From an uncultured Spirochaetota bacterium (GTDB taxonomy: Bacteria; Spirochaetota; Spirochaetia; SZUA-6; Fen-1364), in NCBI GenBank assembly GCA_963734545.1, contig CAVTHO010000006.1, positions 288,001-352,000 on the forward strand: a stretch of DNA of 64,000 nt. Reading direction: 5' to 3'. How positions within the stretch are numbered: position 1 is the stretch's first letter; every line of letters begins with the position of its first letter. Positions 1-10,377 of this stretch are shown piece by piece. A program made the position numbers and the translations under genes. Below the pieces are notes generated by a model, which saw nothing but the letters and a program-made list of their open reading frames with translations, did no database searches and was not told the origin of the DNA.

Positions 1-2556
1 CGGACTCGCGCCTTCTGCAGGGCACGCCATGGGTTGCGCGGGCACCTTTTCTTCGCGAGCTTCCCTCCCGCATCCCTGCCCGGATCTGCGCCTCGGTCAC
101 TCTCTCCACGATGCATGGCTGTCCCCCCGGTGAGATCGAATCGATCTGCGCGTACCTGCTTCGGGAGAAGAAGCTGGACACGCTCGTGAAGCTCAACCCC
201 ACCCTGTTGGGGCACGAGCGCGCCAAAGAGATACTCTCCGGCCTGGGCTTCGGCTACGTGAGCCTGAACCCGGAAGGCTTTCGCAAGGACCTGCAGTACG
301 CCGACGCGGTCCCGATGCTGACCCGGCTTCTCGGCCTGGGCAGGCAGGAAGGCAGGCACTTTGGCGCCAAGCTTTCCAATACCCTTGCGGCGGCCAACAG
401 CAGGGGCGTGCTGCCGGGAGACGAGATGTACATGTCCGGCAGGGCGCTCTACCCGCTGACGATCACTCTCGCCGCGAGCCTTGCAGCCGATTTCAAGGGA
501 GCGCTGCCGCTCTCGTTTTCCGGCGGTGTGTCCGCCTGGAATATCGGCGAGGTGCTGGAGGCGGGCATACGGCCCATCACGCTTGCCACGGACCTGCTGA
601 AGCCCGGCGGATACGGAAGGCTGAAAGAGCTTGCGGAAACGGCGGAGAAACACGCGGCGGCATGGGGCACACGGCGCGTGGATGCCCGGGGGCTTGGACG
701 CGCAGCGGAAGCCGTGCGCGGCGCCCCGTCACGCTCAGAAAGGACTTCCGCGGCGCCGGCGAAGGTCCACGTCGAGGGACCGCTTCCCCTGTTCGATTGT
801 TTCGTCGCGCCGTGCATGCATGCCTGCCCGATCTGCCAGGATGTTCCCGAGTACGTGCACCTGGCCGGCGCAGGCAGGTTCGAGGAAGCATTCGAGGTCA
901 TCTACAGGCGCAACCCGCTCCCCTTCATGACAGGCTATCTCTGCGACCATCAGTGCACGCAGAACTGCACGCGCATGGACTGGGAAGGGTCTGTCCGGAT
1001 ACGGGAAGTCAAACGGGTCGCCGCGGAGAGAGGCTACGACGCCTATCGGTCCAGCGGCAGGCTGGCCGCGCGGAAGGCGGCGCCGAGGGGAGTGAAAGCA
1101 GCCGTCGTCGGCGCCGGTCCGGCGGGGCTGGCCGCCGCGTCTTTCCTGGCGCGCGAGGGCTTCGAGGCGCACGTGTTCGAGCGGGAGAGCGAGCCGGGAG
1201 GGATCGTGCGCTGGCTCCTGCCCGGGTTTCCGCCTGCCCGCCGCCTCTGTGGAGAAGGACGTGTCCCTGCTGACGGACCTGGGGGTCCGGTTCCACTTCG
1301 GCGTGAAGGAAAAGCCGCGCGTCGGGCAGCTGAATGCGGAAGGCTTCCGTTACGTGCTTGCCGGTATCGGCGCGGAAGCGGACAAGAGATCGGCATCGAG
1401 GGGGCGCGCGAGGCGTTCGCGTTCCTCCGCGCAGTTCAGGAAGGACCCGTCCTCCCTGCGTCTCGGACGTTCCGTCGTGGTCGTCGGGGCGGGAGACACC
1501 GCAATGGATGCGGCGCGCGCCGCAAAGCGCTGCAAGGGCGTGAAGGTCGTGCGGATCGTCTATCGCAGGTCGGAGCGCGAAATGCCTGCCTCCGCGGAAG
1601 AGTACGCCTCCGCGCGGGAGGAGGGGATCCTGTTTCATTTCCTGCGCGCGCCGGAGCGCTGGTCGGCGGAGGCCGGCCTCGTCTGCCGCGTGATGGAGCT
1701 GGGCCCTGAAGATCAGACCGGCCGCTCCCGTCCGGTGCCCACGGAAGCGCGCGAGACCCTGCCGGCCGACACCCTCATCACCGCGCTGGGCGCCGAGGTG
1801 GACAGCAGGGGGCTCGAGAGTCTCGGGCTGCCTCCCGACAAGGCCGCGATAGACGCGCGCACCCAGGAAACCGGAGTGCCCGGATTGTTTCTCATCGGGG
1901 ACGCGGCGGCCGGGGCAGAGACCATCGTAAAGGCGATTGCCTCGGCGCGAAGGGCGGTGGATGCAGTCTGCGCGCAGGAATCCGGGCGCACGGCACCCCC
2001 TCGCGCGCCGGAGAGCGCGGGCGCCGGCAGGGCGCCTGCCTGGGATGTGCCTGCGGAAGATACCACCCGGCTGCGCACCCTGCGTGACCGGCTGATACCG
2101 GTGTCTGCCGCGGGCGCCGATGATGACGAGGTCAGGGACACGGAATCGCGGCGCTGTCTCGGCTGCAGGGCGCTGTGTCTCAAGTGCGTCGAGGTCTGTC
2201 CGAACAGGGCCAACACGTTCATACGCGTGGAGGGCTTCAGCGACGAGGCGCAGATCGTTCACCTCGATGCGTTCTGCAACGAATGCGGGAACTGCGCCAC
2301 CTTCTGCCCGTGGGAGGGACGGCCATACAGGGACAAGCTCACCGTCTTCGAAAATGAAGCGGACTTCCGTGACAGCACCAATCCCGGCTTCTTCCTCCGA
2401 AGGGGCAGGGGCATGGTCCGGATGGACGGCCGGGTCCGGGACCTGCTGGTGGACGCGGCGGGAAACGTGACGGAAGGCATGGACAAGGGCTCCGCAAAAG
2501 CGGTGGTGAGCGCGATTGTGCGCGACTACCCCTACCTTCTCGGAGAACAGCAATGA
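1..2556 (+). CDS. ygfK: Putative selenate reductase subunit YgfK-like Fe-S flavoprotein (5' end outside window, frameshifted)
   Basis: ORFs 111-1709 and 1249-2556 join: KLNPTLLG, CFVAPCxxACPI, GAGPAG FAD motif, GAGDTAMDAAR, C-terminal CVEVCPNRAN and CNECGNC; overlaps ssnA start. Confidence 0.85.
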
Positions 2557-3875
2557 TCGTATTGAAAAATGCCACGCTCGTGCACCTGCACCCCGCCGAG
2601 GTGACTCCCGGCGTCGATGTCGTGATCGACGGAACAGAGATACGGACGGTGGGGCGGGCCGCCTCGGAAGCGTTGAAGGCGGAAAGGACCATCGACCTGG
2701 CGGGCCGCATCGTCATGCCGGGCCTCGTGTGCAGTCATGACCATTTCTACTCCGGTCTTTCCCGCGGCATCATGGCACGGATCGCGGCGAGCACCGACTT
2801 TGTTTCCACGCTGCAGAACCTCTGGTGGCGCCTGGACAAGGCGCTGGACGCCGACGCGCTGCAGTCCAGCGGCATGGTCTGCGCGATGGACGCGGTCAAG
2901 GCGGGCTGCACGGCCGTTATCGATCATCACGCATCCCCTTCCTTCATCACCGGCTCCCTGGAAATGCTGAAGGGATGCTTCGAGAAGGTGGGGCTCCGCG
3001 GGGTCCTCTGTTACGAGACCACGGACCGGAACGGTCCGGAAGGCTTGAAGCGGGGGGTGGAAGAGAACCGCAGCTTTGCCGGGCTGGTGGAGGAGGAGAA
3101 GAAAAGCCGGGGCGGGCAGCGGCTGGTGGAAGCGATGATCGGCGGACATGCCCCCTTCACACTTTCCAATGACGGTCTTGCGGCGCTTGCGGATGTCGTG
3201 TCGGCCACCGGACGCGGATTCCACGTGCACGCCGCGGAGGATGCGTTCGACGTTTCCTTTTCCCACGGCGCGTACGGCAAGGATCCTTTGCGCAGGCTGG
3301 ACGAGTTCGGCCTTCTCTCCGACAAGTCCCTGGTGGCGCACGGCCTGTACCTCACCGCCGCGGACCGGGAGATCCTCAACGTGCGCGGGGCATTTCTCGC
3401 CCACAACTGCCGCTCGAACATGAACAACCACGTCGGCTACAACGCCGAGCTGCCCCGGGTGAAGAACGTGGCGCTGGGCACCGACGGGATCGGCTCCGAC
3501 ATGCTCCTGGAGACCAAGTTCGCCTATTTCCGCCACCGTGACGCGGGAGGCCCTCTCACGCCGGGCGCCTTCATGCGTTTCCTCCAGAGCGGAAACGAGA
3601 TCCTGCATCGCTGCTTTGGTGAGAGCTTCGGCAGGGTGGAGGAGGGCTACAAGGCGGACCTCGTCATCCTGGACTACGACGCGCCGACCCCTCTCGTGCG
3701 CGAGAATGTCGCCGGTCATGCGATCTTCGGCATGGGAAGCAGGGACGTGGACACGGTGATCGTGAACGGCAGGATCATCATGGAGAGCAGGTCGTTCCGA
3801 TGGGACACGGCGCCCGTCTATGCGGCGGCCCAGGCAGCCGCGAGATCGCTCTGGCAGAAAATGGACCAGGCCTGA
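2553..3875 (+). CDS. ssnA: Putative aminohydrolase SsnA (amidohydrolase superfamily)
   Basis: SHDHFYSGLSRG metal motif, LWWRLD, DHHASP, HVHAAE, LGTDG; directly after ygfK. Confidence 0.88.
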   Translation: MIVLKNATLVHLHPAEVTPGVDVVIDGTEIRTVGRAASEALKAERTIDLAGRIVMPGLVCSHDHFYSGLSRGIMARIAASTDFVSTLQNLWWRLDKALDADALQSSGMVCAMDAVKAGCTAVIDHHASPSFITGSLEMLKGCFEKVGLRGVLCYETTDRNGPEGLKRGVEENRSFAGLVEEEKKSRGGQRLVEAMIGGHAPFTLSNDGLAALADVVSATGRGFHVHAAEDAFDVSFSHGAYGKDPLRRLDEFGLLSDKSLVAHGLYLTAADREILNVRGAFLAHNCRSNMNNHVGYNAELPRVKNVALGTDGIGSDMLLETKFAYFRHRDAGGPLTPGAFMRFLQSGNEILHRCFGESFGRVEEGYKADLVILDYDAPTPLVRENVAGHAIFGMGSRDVDTVIVNGRIIMESRSFRWDTAPVYAAAQAAARSLWQKMDQA

Positions 3876-3909
3876 TCACGCAGACCCCGTGTCCGCGCAG
3901 GCCGGGCTG

Positions 3910-3938
3910 TTGACAGACCCGCGCGTCTGGATCATCCT
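3910..3938 (+). promoter_or_regulatory. Putative sigma70 promoter for leader peptide/RNHCP gene
   Basis: TTGACA (3910-3915), 17-nt spacer, weak -10 CATCCT. Confidence 0.45.
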
Positions 3939-3971
3939 GTCGCAGCTTATTTCGAGAATTAGGAGGACGGA

Positions 3972-4037
3972 ATGTCAGCTCTTGCGAGCATTGTGGTGGA
4001 AAGGTCCTGCTGCGTTTTCCGGAGCTCGCGGAGGTAA
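3972..4037 (+). CDS. Putative 21-aa leader peptide MSALASIVVERSCCVFRSSRR
   Basis: AGGAGG at 3961-3966 before ATG; lies in a structured leader upstream of the RNHCP gene. Confidence 0.5.
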   Translation: MSALASIVVERSCCVFRSSRR

Positions 4038-4168
4038 TCGAACCGTTCCAGTGAGAGAATGAGAGCGGTCGGTTCCTTCGCGCAGTGAGCCGCGGTACCG
4101 CGTTCGCGCGGAACGCGTATTCGCGTATTCCGCGGCGGTTTGTATATCTCACGCGGAGGAATTGATCC

Positions 4169-4540
4169 TTGTCGAGATTCCAGAGCCCGGCCGCCCAGGC
4201 GGCCGACCAGCCTTTCCATTGCATCAATTGCAGCCAGCTCGTTCTGATCGCGTCCGCCGGGACGGACCAGAGAAATCATTGCCCCCACTGCCTGTGGAGC
4301 CTGCACGTCGACTTCCAGAATGGCGACAGGCGCTCCGCCTGCAGATCCCCCATGGAGCCCATCTCGGTGTGGGTGAAGCACAATGGCGAGTGGGCGGTGG
4401 TGCATCGCTGCAGGGAATGCGGCGCCCTGCGCGCAAACAGGATTGCGGGAGACGATAACGAGGTAATCCTCTTGTCCCTCGCTCTCAAGCCGCTTGCCCG
4501 GCCGGCGTTCCCCCTGGAGCGCCTGCGGCTGCCTACGTGA
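4169..4540 (+). CDS. RNHCP domain-containing protein
   Basis: FxCxNC...RNHCPHCLWSLHVD...GDR...C...HRCxxCG...NRIAGDDN; GGAGGA RBS. Confidence 0.9.
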   Translation: MSRFQSPAAQAADQPFHCINCSQLVLIASAGTDQRNHCPHCLWSLHVDFQNGDRRSACRSPMEPISVWVKHNGEWAVVHRCRECGALRANRIAGDDNEVILLSLALKPLARPAFPLERLRLPT

Positions 4541-4616
4541 ACTGTTCATTGCGGGCCCTCCCACAGGAGGGCTCGCCTTTTTCCGCCGGACAAATGAATG
4601 ACTTGTCCGGTTCGCG

Positions 4617-5261
4617 TCATTCGTTCTGCGGCGGTGGTGCCCTGCGGCGTGCCCTCGAGTCCAGCCTCTCGTCGCGCTGGCGGAATCGGAGCCACCTCTT
4701 CAGCCCTCTTTCGATCAGCATCATGACGTCGTCGGTGAGATCTTCCGTGTAGGGCCCGGGTATGTTGAGCGGAAGGGTCGTGAAGATCGCGATGAGCATC
4801 CTTTTCGGATTGCGGAAAAGGCTGGTGCGGAACACTCCTCTGCGCGTACCCTCTGCCAGGATCTCCTCAATGAGCTCTTCGATGCGCCCGAAGAGCGTGC
4901 TCCCGCTGCTCACCCTGTCCTCCAGCCCCGGATAGATGTACCGCCTCTCCCCGGTGTAGATGCCCCGCAGGATCTGGTTGCTGCGCAGGCTGAGGGTCGC
5001 ATAGCGAAAGAGCGCTTTCAGCCGGAAGAGGGGGGAGTGGAGGCTGTTCACGTGCTTTTCCATGTCGCGGATTCCGCGCTGCTCGATCGTGTCCAGGATG
5101 GCGGAGTAGAAGGCCTCCTTGCTGGGGAAGTAGGTATAGAAGCTGCCCATGCCGAGCCCCGCCGCATCCGTGATGTCCCTGATGCTGACATCGCGGTAGC
5201 CGTGCTGGGCAAAGAGCCGCTCGCCGATCCGGAGCAGGGTGTCCGTGCGGTTTCTTTCCAT
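4617..5261 (-). CDS. TetR/AcrR family transcriptional regulator
   Basis: N-terminal HTH LFAQHGY..VSIRDITDAAGLGMGSFYTYFPSKE. Confidence 0.9.
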   Translation of the reverse strand: MERNRTDTLLRIGERLFAQHGYRDVSIRDITDAAGLGMGSFYTYFPSKEAFYSAILDTIEQRGIRDMEKHVNSLHSPLFRLKALFRYATLSLRSNQILRGIYTGERRYIYPGLEDRVSSGSTLFGRIEELIEEILAEGTRRGVFRTSLFRNPKRMLIAIFTTLPLNIPGPYTEDLTDDVMMLIERGLKRWLRFRQRDERLDSRARRRAPPPQNE

Positions 5262-5439
5262 GAATCTCCCCTGGTGACGGACCGGATGCCGCGGTCAAAT
5301 ATCCGGCTTCTTCCCGTTTTCGACGGCCTCCGGCATGCGGCGGCGCGCCGGAGCCTCGTGAAACCCGCGTTTTTGGCACATCCGGCGCCGCGGGCGTTGA
5401 CACTACCCCGCGTGGAAAACAGTCTCGTGTGGGGAGAGT

Positions 5440-6765
5440 ATGAAAGCGCTGGAAAAAAGACAAGCAACCGAACCCCACTACGTGCTGGCGTGTCCCGTCT
5501 GCGGCGGGACGTACGAAGACTCTCCCGATGAGTTTCTTCTCTCCTGTCCCGCGCCGCATCCCCCGGCCCTGCTGCGCGCGGTCTACCGGGAAAAGAAGCT
5601 CAAGGCGCATCCCGAGCATTCAGGGGTCTTCCGGTTTTTCGACTGGCTCCCCATCAGGCGGCGGCTCCCCGGTGCCGCGGGCCCGGCCGTGTACCGCAGC
5701 ACCGGTCTGGGTCCGCTCCTGGGGCTGAACAACCTGTTCGTCGTATTCAACGGCTGGTGGCCCGAGAAGGGCGCCCGGATGGAAACCTGTACGTTCAAGG
5801 AGCTGGAGGCCCAGGCGGTGTGCGGCAGGATCATGGACGGCTGGGAGTCCGCCCTTGTCGTATCCTCCGCGGGCAACACGGCGCGCGCTTTCCACCACGC
5901 CTGCAGCCGCTACGACGTGCCGGCGCTGATCGTGGTTCCCCGCCGCGGCATGTCGATGCTCTGGGGCACCGGCGCGCGCCGCCCGGAATGTGCGCCTGGC
6001 GGTGATCGACGGGGGCGCCGACTACGCCGACGCCGTCGAGCTGGGCAACGGGATTGCCGGCACCGAGGGCTACTACTCGGAGGGCGGCGCGCGCAATGCG
6101 GCGCGGCGGGACGGCATGGGCACGACGGTGCTCTCCGCCGTGGAAGCTGCCGGAGTGATTCCCGATCACTACTTCCAGGCGGTCGGCAGCGGGACGGGCG
6201 CCATCGCGGCATGGGAGATGAACCTGAGGCTGCTGGAGGACGGACGTTTCGGCAGCAGGAAGATGAGGCTGCACCTTTCGCAGAACGCGCCCTTCACCCC
6301 GATGACGGATGCGTGGGAGGCAGGCTCCCGCACGCTTGCCGTCGAGCCGTCACCGAGGCGCGGGCCCGGTCCCACGCCATCCGCGCGCAGGTCCTGGGCA
6401 ACAGGAACCCGCCGTATTCCGTGACGGGCGGTCTCTATGACGCGCTTCGCGACACGGACGGCTGCATGTACCGGGTGACGAACGAGGAAGCGCGCAACGC
6501 GGGCCTGCTCTTCGAGGAGTGCGAAGGCAGCGATATCGATCCTGCCGCGGAAGTGGCCGTGGCGTCGCTGCTGGAGGCCGCGCGCGGGGGACGCATCCGG
6601 CCCCGGGACGCCGTTCTGCTCAACATCACGGGGGGCGGGCGGCGCAGGCTCCTTGCCTCGCGCAGAACGGCGGCGCTGCGGGAAGACGCCACATTCACGA
6701 TCGAGGAGCTGCGCACGGACGGCCCCGCGCGCGGCCTGCGGCTGCTCCGGGAGGCCCTCGCGTGA
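5440..6765 (+). CDS. Cysteate synthase (threonine-synthase-like PLP enzyme), frameshifted
   Basis: GWWPEKGA..TCTFKELEA (PLP Lys), SSAGNTARAF, EGGARNAARRDGMG, YFQAVGSGTG, LLNITGGG across ORFs 5440-6765 and 5990-6424. Confidence 0.85.
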   Translation: MKALEKRQATEPHYVLACPVCGGTYEDSPDEFLLSCPAPHPPALLRAVYREKKLKAHPEHSGVFRFFDWLPIRRRLPGAAGPAVYRSTGLGPLLGLNNLFVVFNGWWPEKGARMETCTFKELEAQAVCGRIMDGWESALVVSSAGNTARAFHHACSRYDVPALIVVPRRGMSMLWGTGARRPECAPGGDRRGRRLRRRRRAGQRDCRHRGLLLGGRRAQCGAAGRHGHDGALRRGSCRSDSRSLLPGGRQRDGRHRGMGDEPEAAGGRTFRQQEDEAAPFAERALHPDDGCVGGRLPHACRRAVTEARARSHAIRAQVLGNRNPPYSVTGGLYDALRDTDGCMYRVTNEEARNAGLLFEECEGSDIDPAAEVAVASLLEAARGGRIRPRDAVLLNITGGGRRRLLASRRTAALREDATFTIEELRTDGPARGLRLLREALA

Positions 6766-8007
6766 ACGATATTTTCGAGAAGACCCGGACCGACGGCGGC
6801 TACTTCGGCGATTTCCGCGCCGCCGGGGACATGTACTTCTCCCAGCCGATCCTCGACGGCGACCCGGGACCCCGGATGAAGTTCCAGGGCAAGGACGTCA
6901 TCGTCTGGGCCATCAACAACTATCTCGGCATCTCCGGGCAGGCCGGAGCTCACTGCCGCGGCCGCGGAGGCCGTAAAGCGCTACGGGCCCAGCGCCCCCA
7001 TGGGCTCGCGCCTGCTCACCGGCAACACGCGGGAGCACATCGAGCTGGAGAGGAAGCTGGCCGCGTTCTGCCGCAAGCCTGCCTCGATCGTGTTCAACTA
7101 CGGCTACCTCGGCGTGCTGGGCACCGTCTCGGCGCTGGTGGGCCCCGAGGACATCATCGTCATCGACTCTCTCTCCCACGCCTCCATGATCGACGCCACG
7201 CTGCTCGCCTCGGCCGGCCGGCGCTTTCGGCCGTACAAGCACAACAACATGGAGGACCTGGAGTCGCACCTGCAGGCCGCGGCAAAGGACCGCAAGGGCG
7301 GGATCCTCGTCGTGACCGAGGGCGTGTTCGGGATGAAGGGCAACTGCGCCCGGCTCGCCGATATCTGCGCGCTCAAGGAGCGCTACGGCGCGCGCCTGTT
7401 CGTGGACGACGCGCACGGGTTCGGCGTCATGGGCGCGGAGGGCCGCGGAACGGGTGAGCACTTCGGCGTGCAGGACAAGATCGATCTGTACTTCGGCACG
7501 TTCGCCAAGGCGTTTGCCGCAATCGGCGGGGTGACGGCGGGTGACTCCGACGTGGTGGAGTGGGTGCGCTACAATGCGCGGACAAACGTGTTTGCCAAGG
7601 CCCTGCCCATGGTGTACGTGAAGACCGTGGAAAAAGCGCTCTCCATCGTCGAAGGGGAACCGGAGCTGCGCAAAAAGATGTGGCACATCGCGCGCATGCT
7701 GCAATCAGGGCTGGTGGACCTGGGGTTCGACATCGGGGAACCCGAGTCCCCGATCACGCCGGTGTACGTGGTGGCGGGCGACGAGAAGACGGGCATGGCG
7801 CTCATGACCATGCTGCGCGAGGATTACGGCATATTCGTGTCCGGTGTGACATACCCGGTCGTGCCCCACGGCGTGTTTCTCTGCCGCATGATCCCCACCG
7901 CCGCGCATACCGAGGAAGACGTGCAGAAAACGCTCGACGCGTTCCGCCAGATGCGGGACCGGATGAAGCTGGATCTGTCGACAAAGCCGTCCCGGCAGAA
8001 CGGATAG
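6762..8007 (+). CDS. Alpha-oxoamine synthase family PLP acyltransferase, CapB/SulA (cysteate-fatty acyltransferase)-like, frameshifted
   Basis: GTG start overlaps upstream TGA; GPRMKFQGK..W..NNYLG, SHASMID, TEGVFGM, DDAHGFG, TFAKA, RMIPTAAHT. Confidence 0.75.
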
Positions 8008-8040
8008 GGGCGCCGCTCCTGCCGATCGGCGGTCCTGCCG

Positions 8041-8069
8041 TTGACACTGCCTGCCGATACGTGTACATT
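8041..8069 (+). promoter_or_regulatory. Putative sigma70 promoter with about 160-nt 5' UTR before the helicase
   Basis: TTGACA-17nt-TACATT. Confidence 0.55.
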
Positions 8070-8237
8070 CATCTCATATCAGAGCGCCGTGTCACGGTGC
8101 CTGAGGACATTCAACGAGTGAACAGGGCCTTACTAGTCCTCGCGGCGGCCTCACCGGCGATCCCACCGATTTCACACTCAAACAAGCCGGATATGTAACC
8201 GGACCTCTTCGTAAGAATTCCCGGTAGAAGGATCTCA

Positions 8238-9431
8238 ATGTATTTCTCAGATTTTTCCCTCGCAAAGGAGCTTCAGGCCGCTGCGCGGCGCATGGGCTTC
8301 GAACAGCCCACGCCCATCCAGGAGACGGCCATTCCGGCCGGCCTGTCGGGACGTGACGTCCTGGCCAGCGCGGAGACGGGCAGCGGCAAGACCGCCGCCT
8401 TCCTGCTTCCGATCATGCACAAGCTTCTGCCCATGCAGCGCGGCGCCACTCGCGCGCTCGTTGTCGCGCCCACGCGGGAGCTTGCCGCGCAGATCGCCGA
8501 TCACTTCCGCGAGCTTGCCGCCGGCACCCGCCTGACCTGCGCCGCCGTACACGGCGGAGTGGCAATGGGCGCGCAGGAGCGCGCGTTCCGCAAGGGCGTG
8601 GACATGGTCGTCGCCTGCCCCGGCAGGCTCCTGGACCACATGCGCAACAGCTACGTGGACCTGTCCGGCATCCAGTTCCTCGTCATCGACGAGGCTGACA
8701 GGATGCTCGACATGGGCTTCCTGCCGGACATCAAGCGCGTTCTCGCCGCGGTGCCCAGGAACAGGCAGACGTTCTTCTTCTCCGCCACGCTCCCCCCGGC
8801 CATCGTCACGCTGTCCCGTGAGCTGCTTCGAAGGACCCGGCCAGGCTGAACATCGACAGGAAGCCGGCGCCTGCCACCGGCATCACCCACTCGGTGTTTC
8901 CCGTGCCTTCAGACCGAAAGTCCAACCTGTTCCTCGAGCTGCTGGGCAAGGGGATCACGGGAAGCGTTCTCGTGTTCACCCGCACGAAGCACCGGGCGAA
9001 CAGGCTCGCCGATTTCCTGGACCAGCAACGGCGTGCGGTGCGCGCGGATCCACGGGAACCGCAGCCAGTCACAGCGCACCGCGGCGCTTGCCGGCTTCAA
9101 GCAGGGCAAGTTCCAGGTCCTCGTGGCCACGGACATCGCCGCGCGCGGCATCGACGTGGAGGCGCTGGGCTCGGTGGTGAACTTCGACGTTCCCCACCAG
9201 CCCGAGGACTACATCCACAGGGTCGGCCGCACGGCGCGGGCCCAGCTCACCGGTGACGCGCTGACCCTCGTTTCTCCCGAGGAGGAGAGGGATTTCGGCG
9301 CCATCGAGCGCGCGCTGGGCAGGCGCCTGCCCCGGCAGAAAGTGGAAGGTTTCGACTACACGTCGAAGCCGACGGTGACGCAGAGGCCTGCCCCCCGCCG
9401 GCAGAGGCAGGCGCCGCGCCGCGCGCGCTGA
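8238..9431 (+). CDS. DEAD-box RNA helicase (RhlE-like), frameshifted
   Basis: Q motif PTPIQ, AETGSGKT, PTRELA, DEAD, SAT, ARGID, HRVGRTAR. Confidence 0.92.
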
Positions 9432-9432
9432 T

Positions 9433-10377
9433 TCAGGTGTAGCGGATCCGGGGATTCAGCACCGCGTACAGCAGATCCGCCAGCAGGTTGGAGACGCTGA
9501 ACACGATGACGAGCAGGAGCGTGATTGCCTGCAGCAGGGGGATGTCCCTGCGCTGGATGGCGAACAGCAGGAGCCGGCCCAGGCCGGGGTAGCTGAAGAG
9601 TGACTCGGTCACGATCAGCCCGCCGATGAGCCAGCCGATCCCGATTGCGATCACCGTCACGGTGGGCAGGAGCGAGTTGCGGAGCACGTGCGTGAAGAGC
9701 ACGCGCGCCGGATGGAGTCCCTTCAGGTACGCGCTGCGCACGTAGTCCGTCGACAGGACCTCCGCGGTGGCGGACCGGGTCATGCGGGTGATATAGGCGA
9801 GACTCACCAGGGAGACGGTGATGCCCGGCAGGATGAGACGGGGAAGCGCTTCCAGGAGTCCCGCATCCGGGGTGATTGCCGAGCTCGCCGGGAGCCAGTT
9901 CAGCTTGAGGGCGAAAACCGCGATCAGCACGACCCCTGTGACGAACTCGGGAAGCCCGATGAACGCGAGGGACGTGATCGAGATGATCTGGTCGGCCACC
10001 TTGTTCCGGCGCAGCGCGGCGAGCAGGCCGAGCAGGATCCCCAGCGGCACGTACATGACGAACGCGACAAGGGCGAGCATGCCGGAGTTCCGCAGCCGGC
10101 CCGCCACGAGGTTCAGGACCGGCTCGCCCGTGCTCAACGACACGCCCCAGTCACCCTGCACGTAGTGCACCAGCCAGCTTCCGTATTGCATCGGCAGGGA
10201 CCGGTCGAGCCCGAGCTTTGCCCGCAATGCCTGGAGCGCCTCCGGGGTGGCAAACCGTCCGAGTATCGCTTTTGCCACGTCCCCCGGCAGGATCTGCGTC
10301 ACGATGAATATCAGCACGGATGAAATCAGCAGCGTCAGGAGGACAAGGCCGAGACGCCGCGCGATATAGGAGATCAT
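9433..10377 (-). CDS. Peptide/nickel ABC transporter permease (DppB-like)
   Basis: PGDVA..ILG, DYVRSAYLKGL, ESLFSYPGLG, LNPRIR. Confidence 0.9.
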   Translation of the reverse strand: MISYIARRLGLVLLTLLISSVLIFIVTQILPGDVAKAILGRFATPEALQALRAKLGLDRSLPMQYGSWLVHYVQGDWGVSLSTGEPVLNLVAGRLRNSGMLALVAFVMYVPLGILLGLLAALRRNKVADQIISITSLAFIGLPEFVTGVVLIAVFALKLNWLPASSAITPDAGLLEALPRLILPGITVSLVSLAYITRMTRSATAEVLSTDYVRSAYLKGLHPARVLFTHVLRNSLLPTVTVIAIGIGWLIGGLIVTESLFSYPGLGRLLLFAIQRRDIPLLQAITLLLVIVFSVSNLLADLLYAVLNPRIRYT

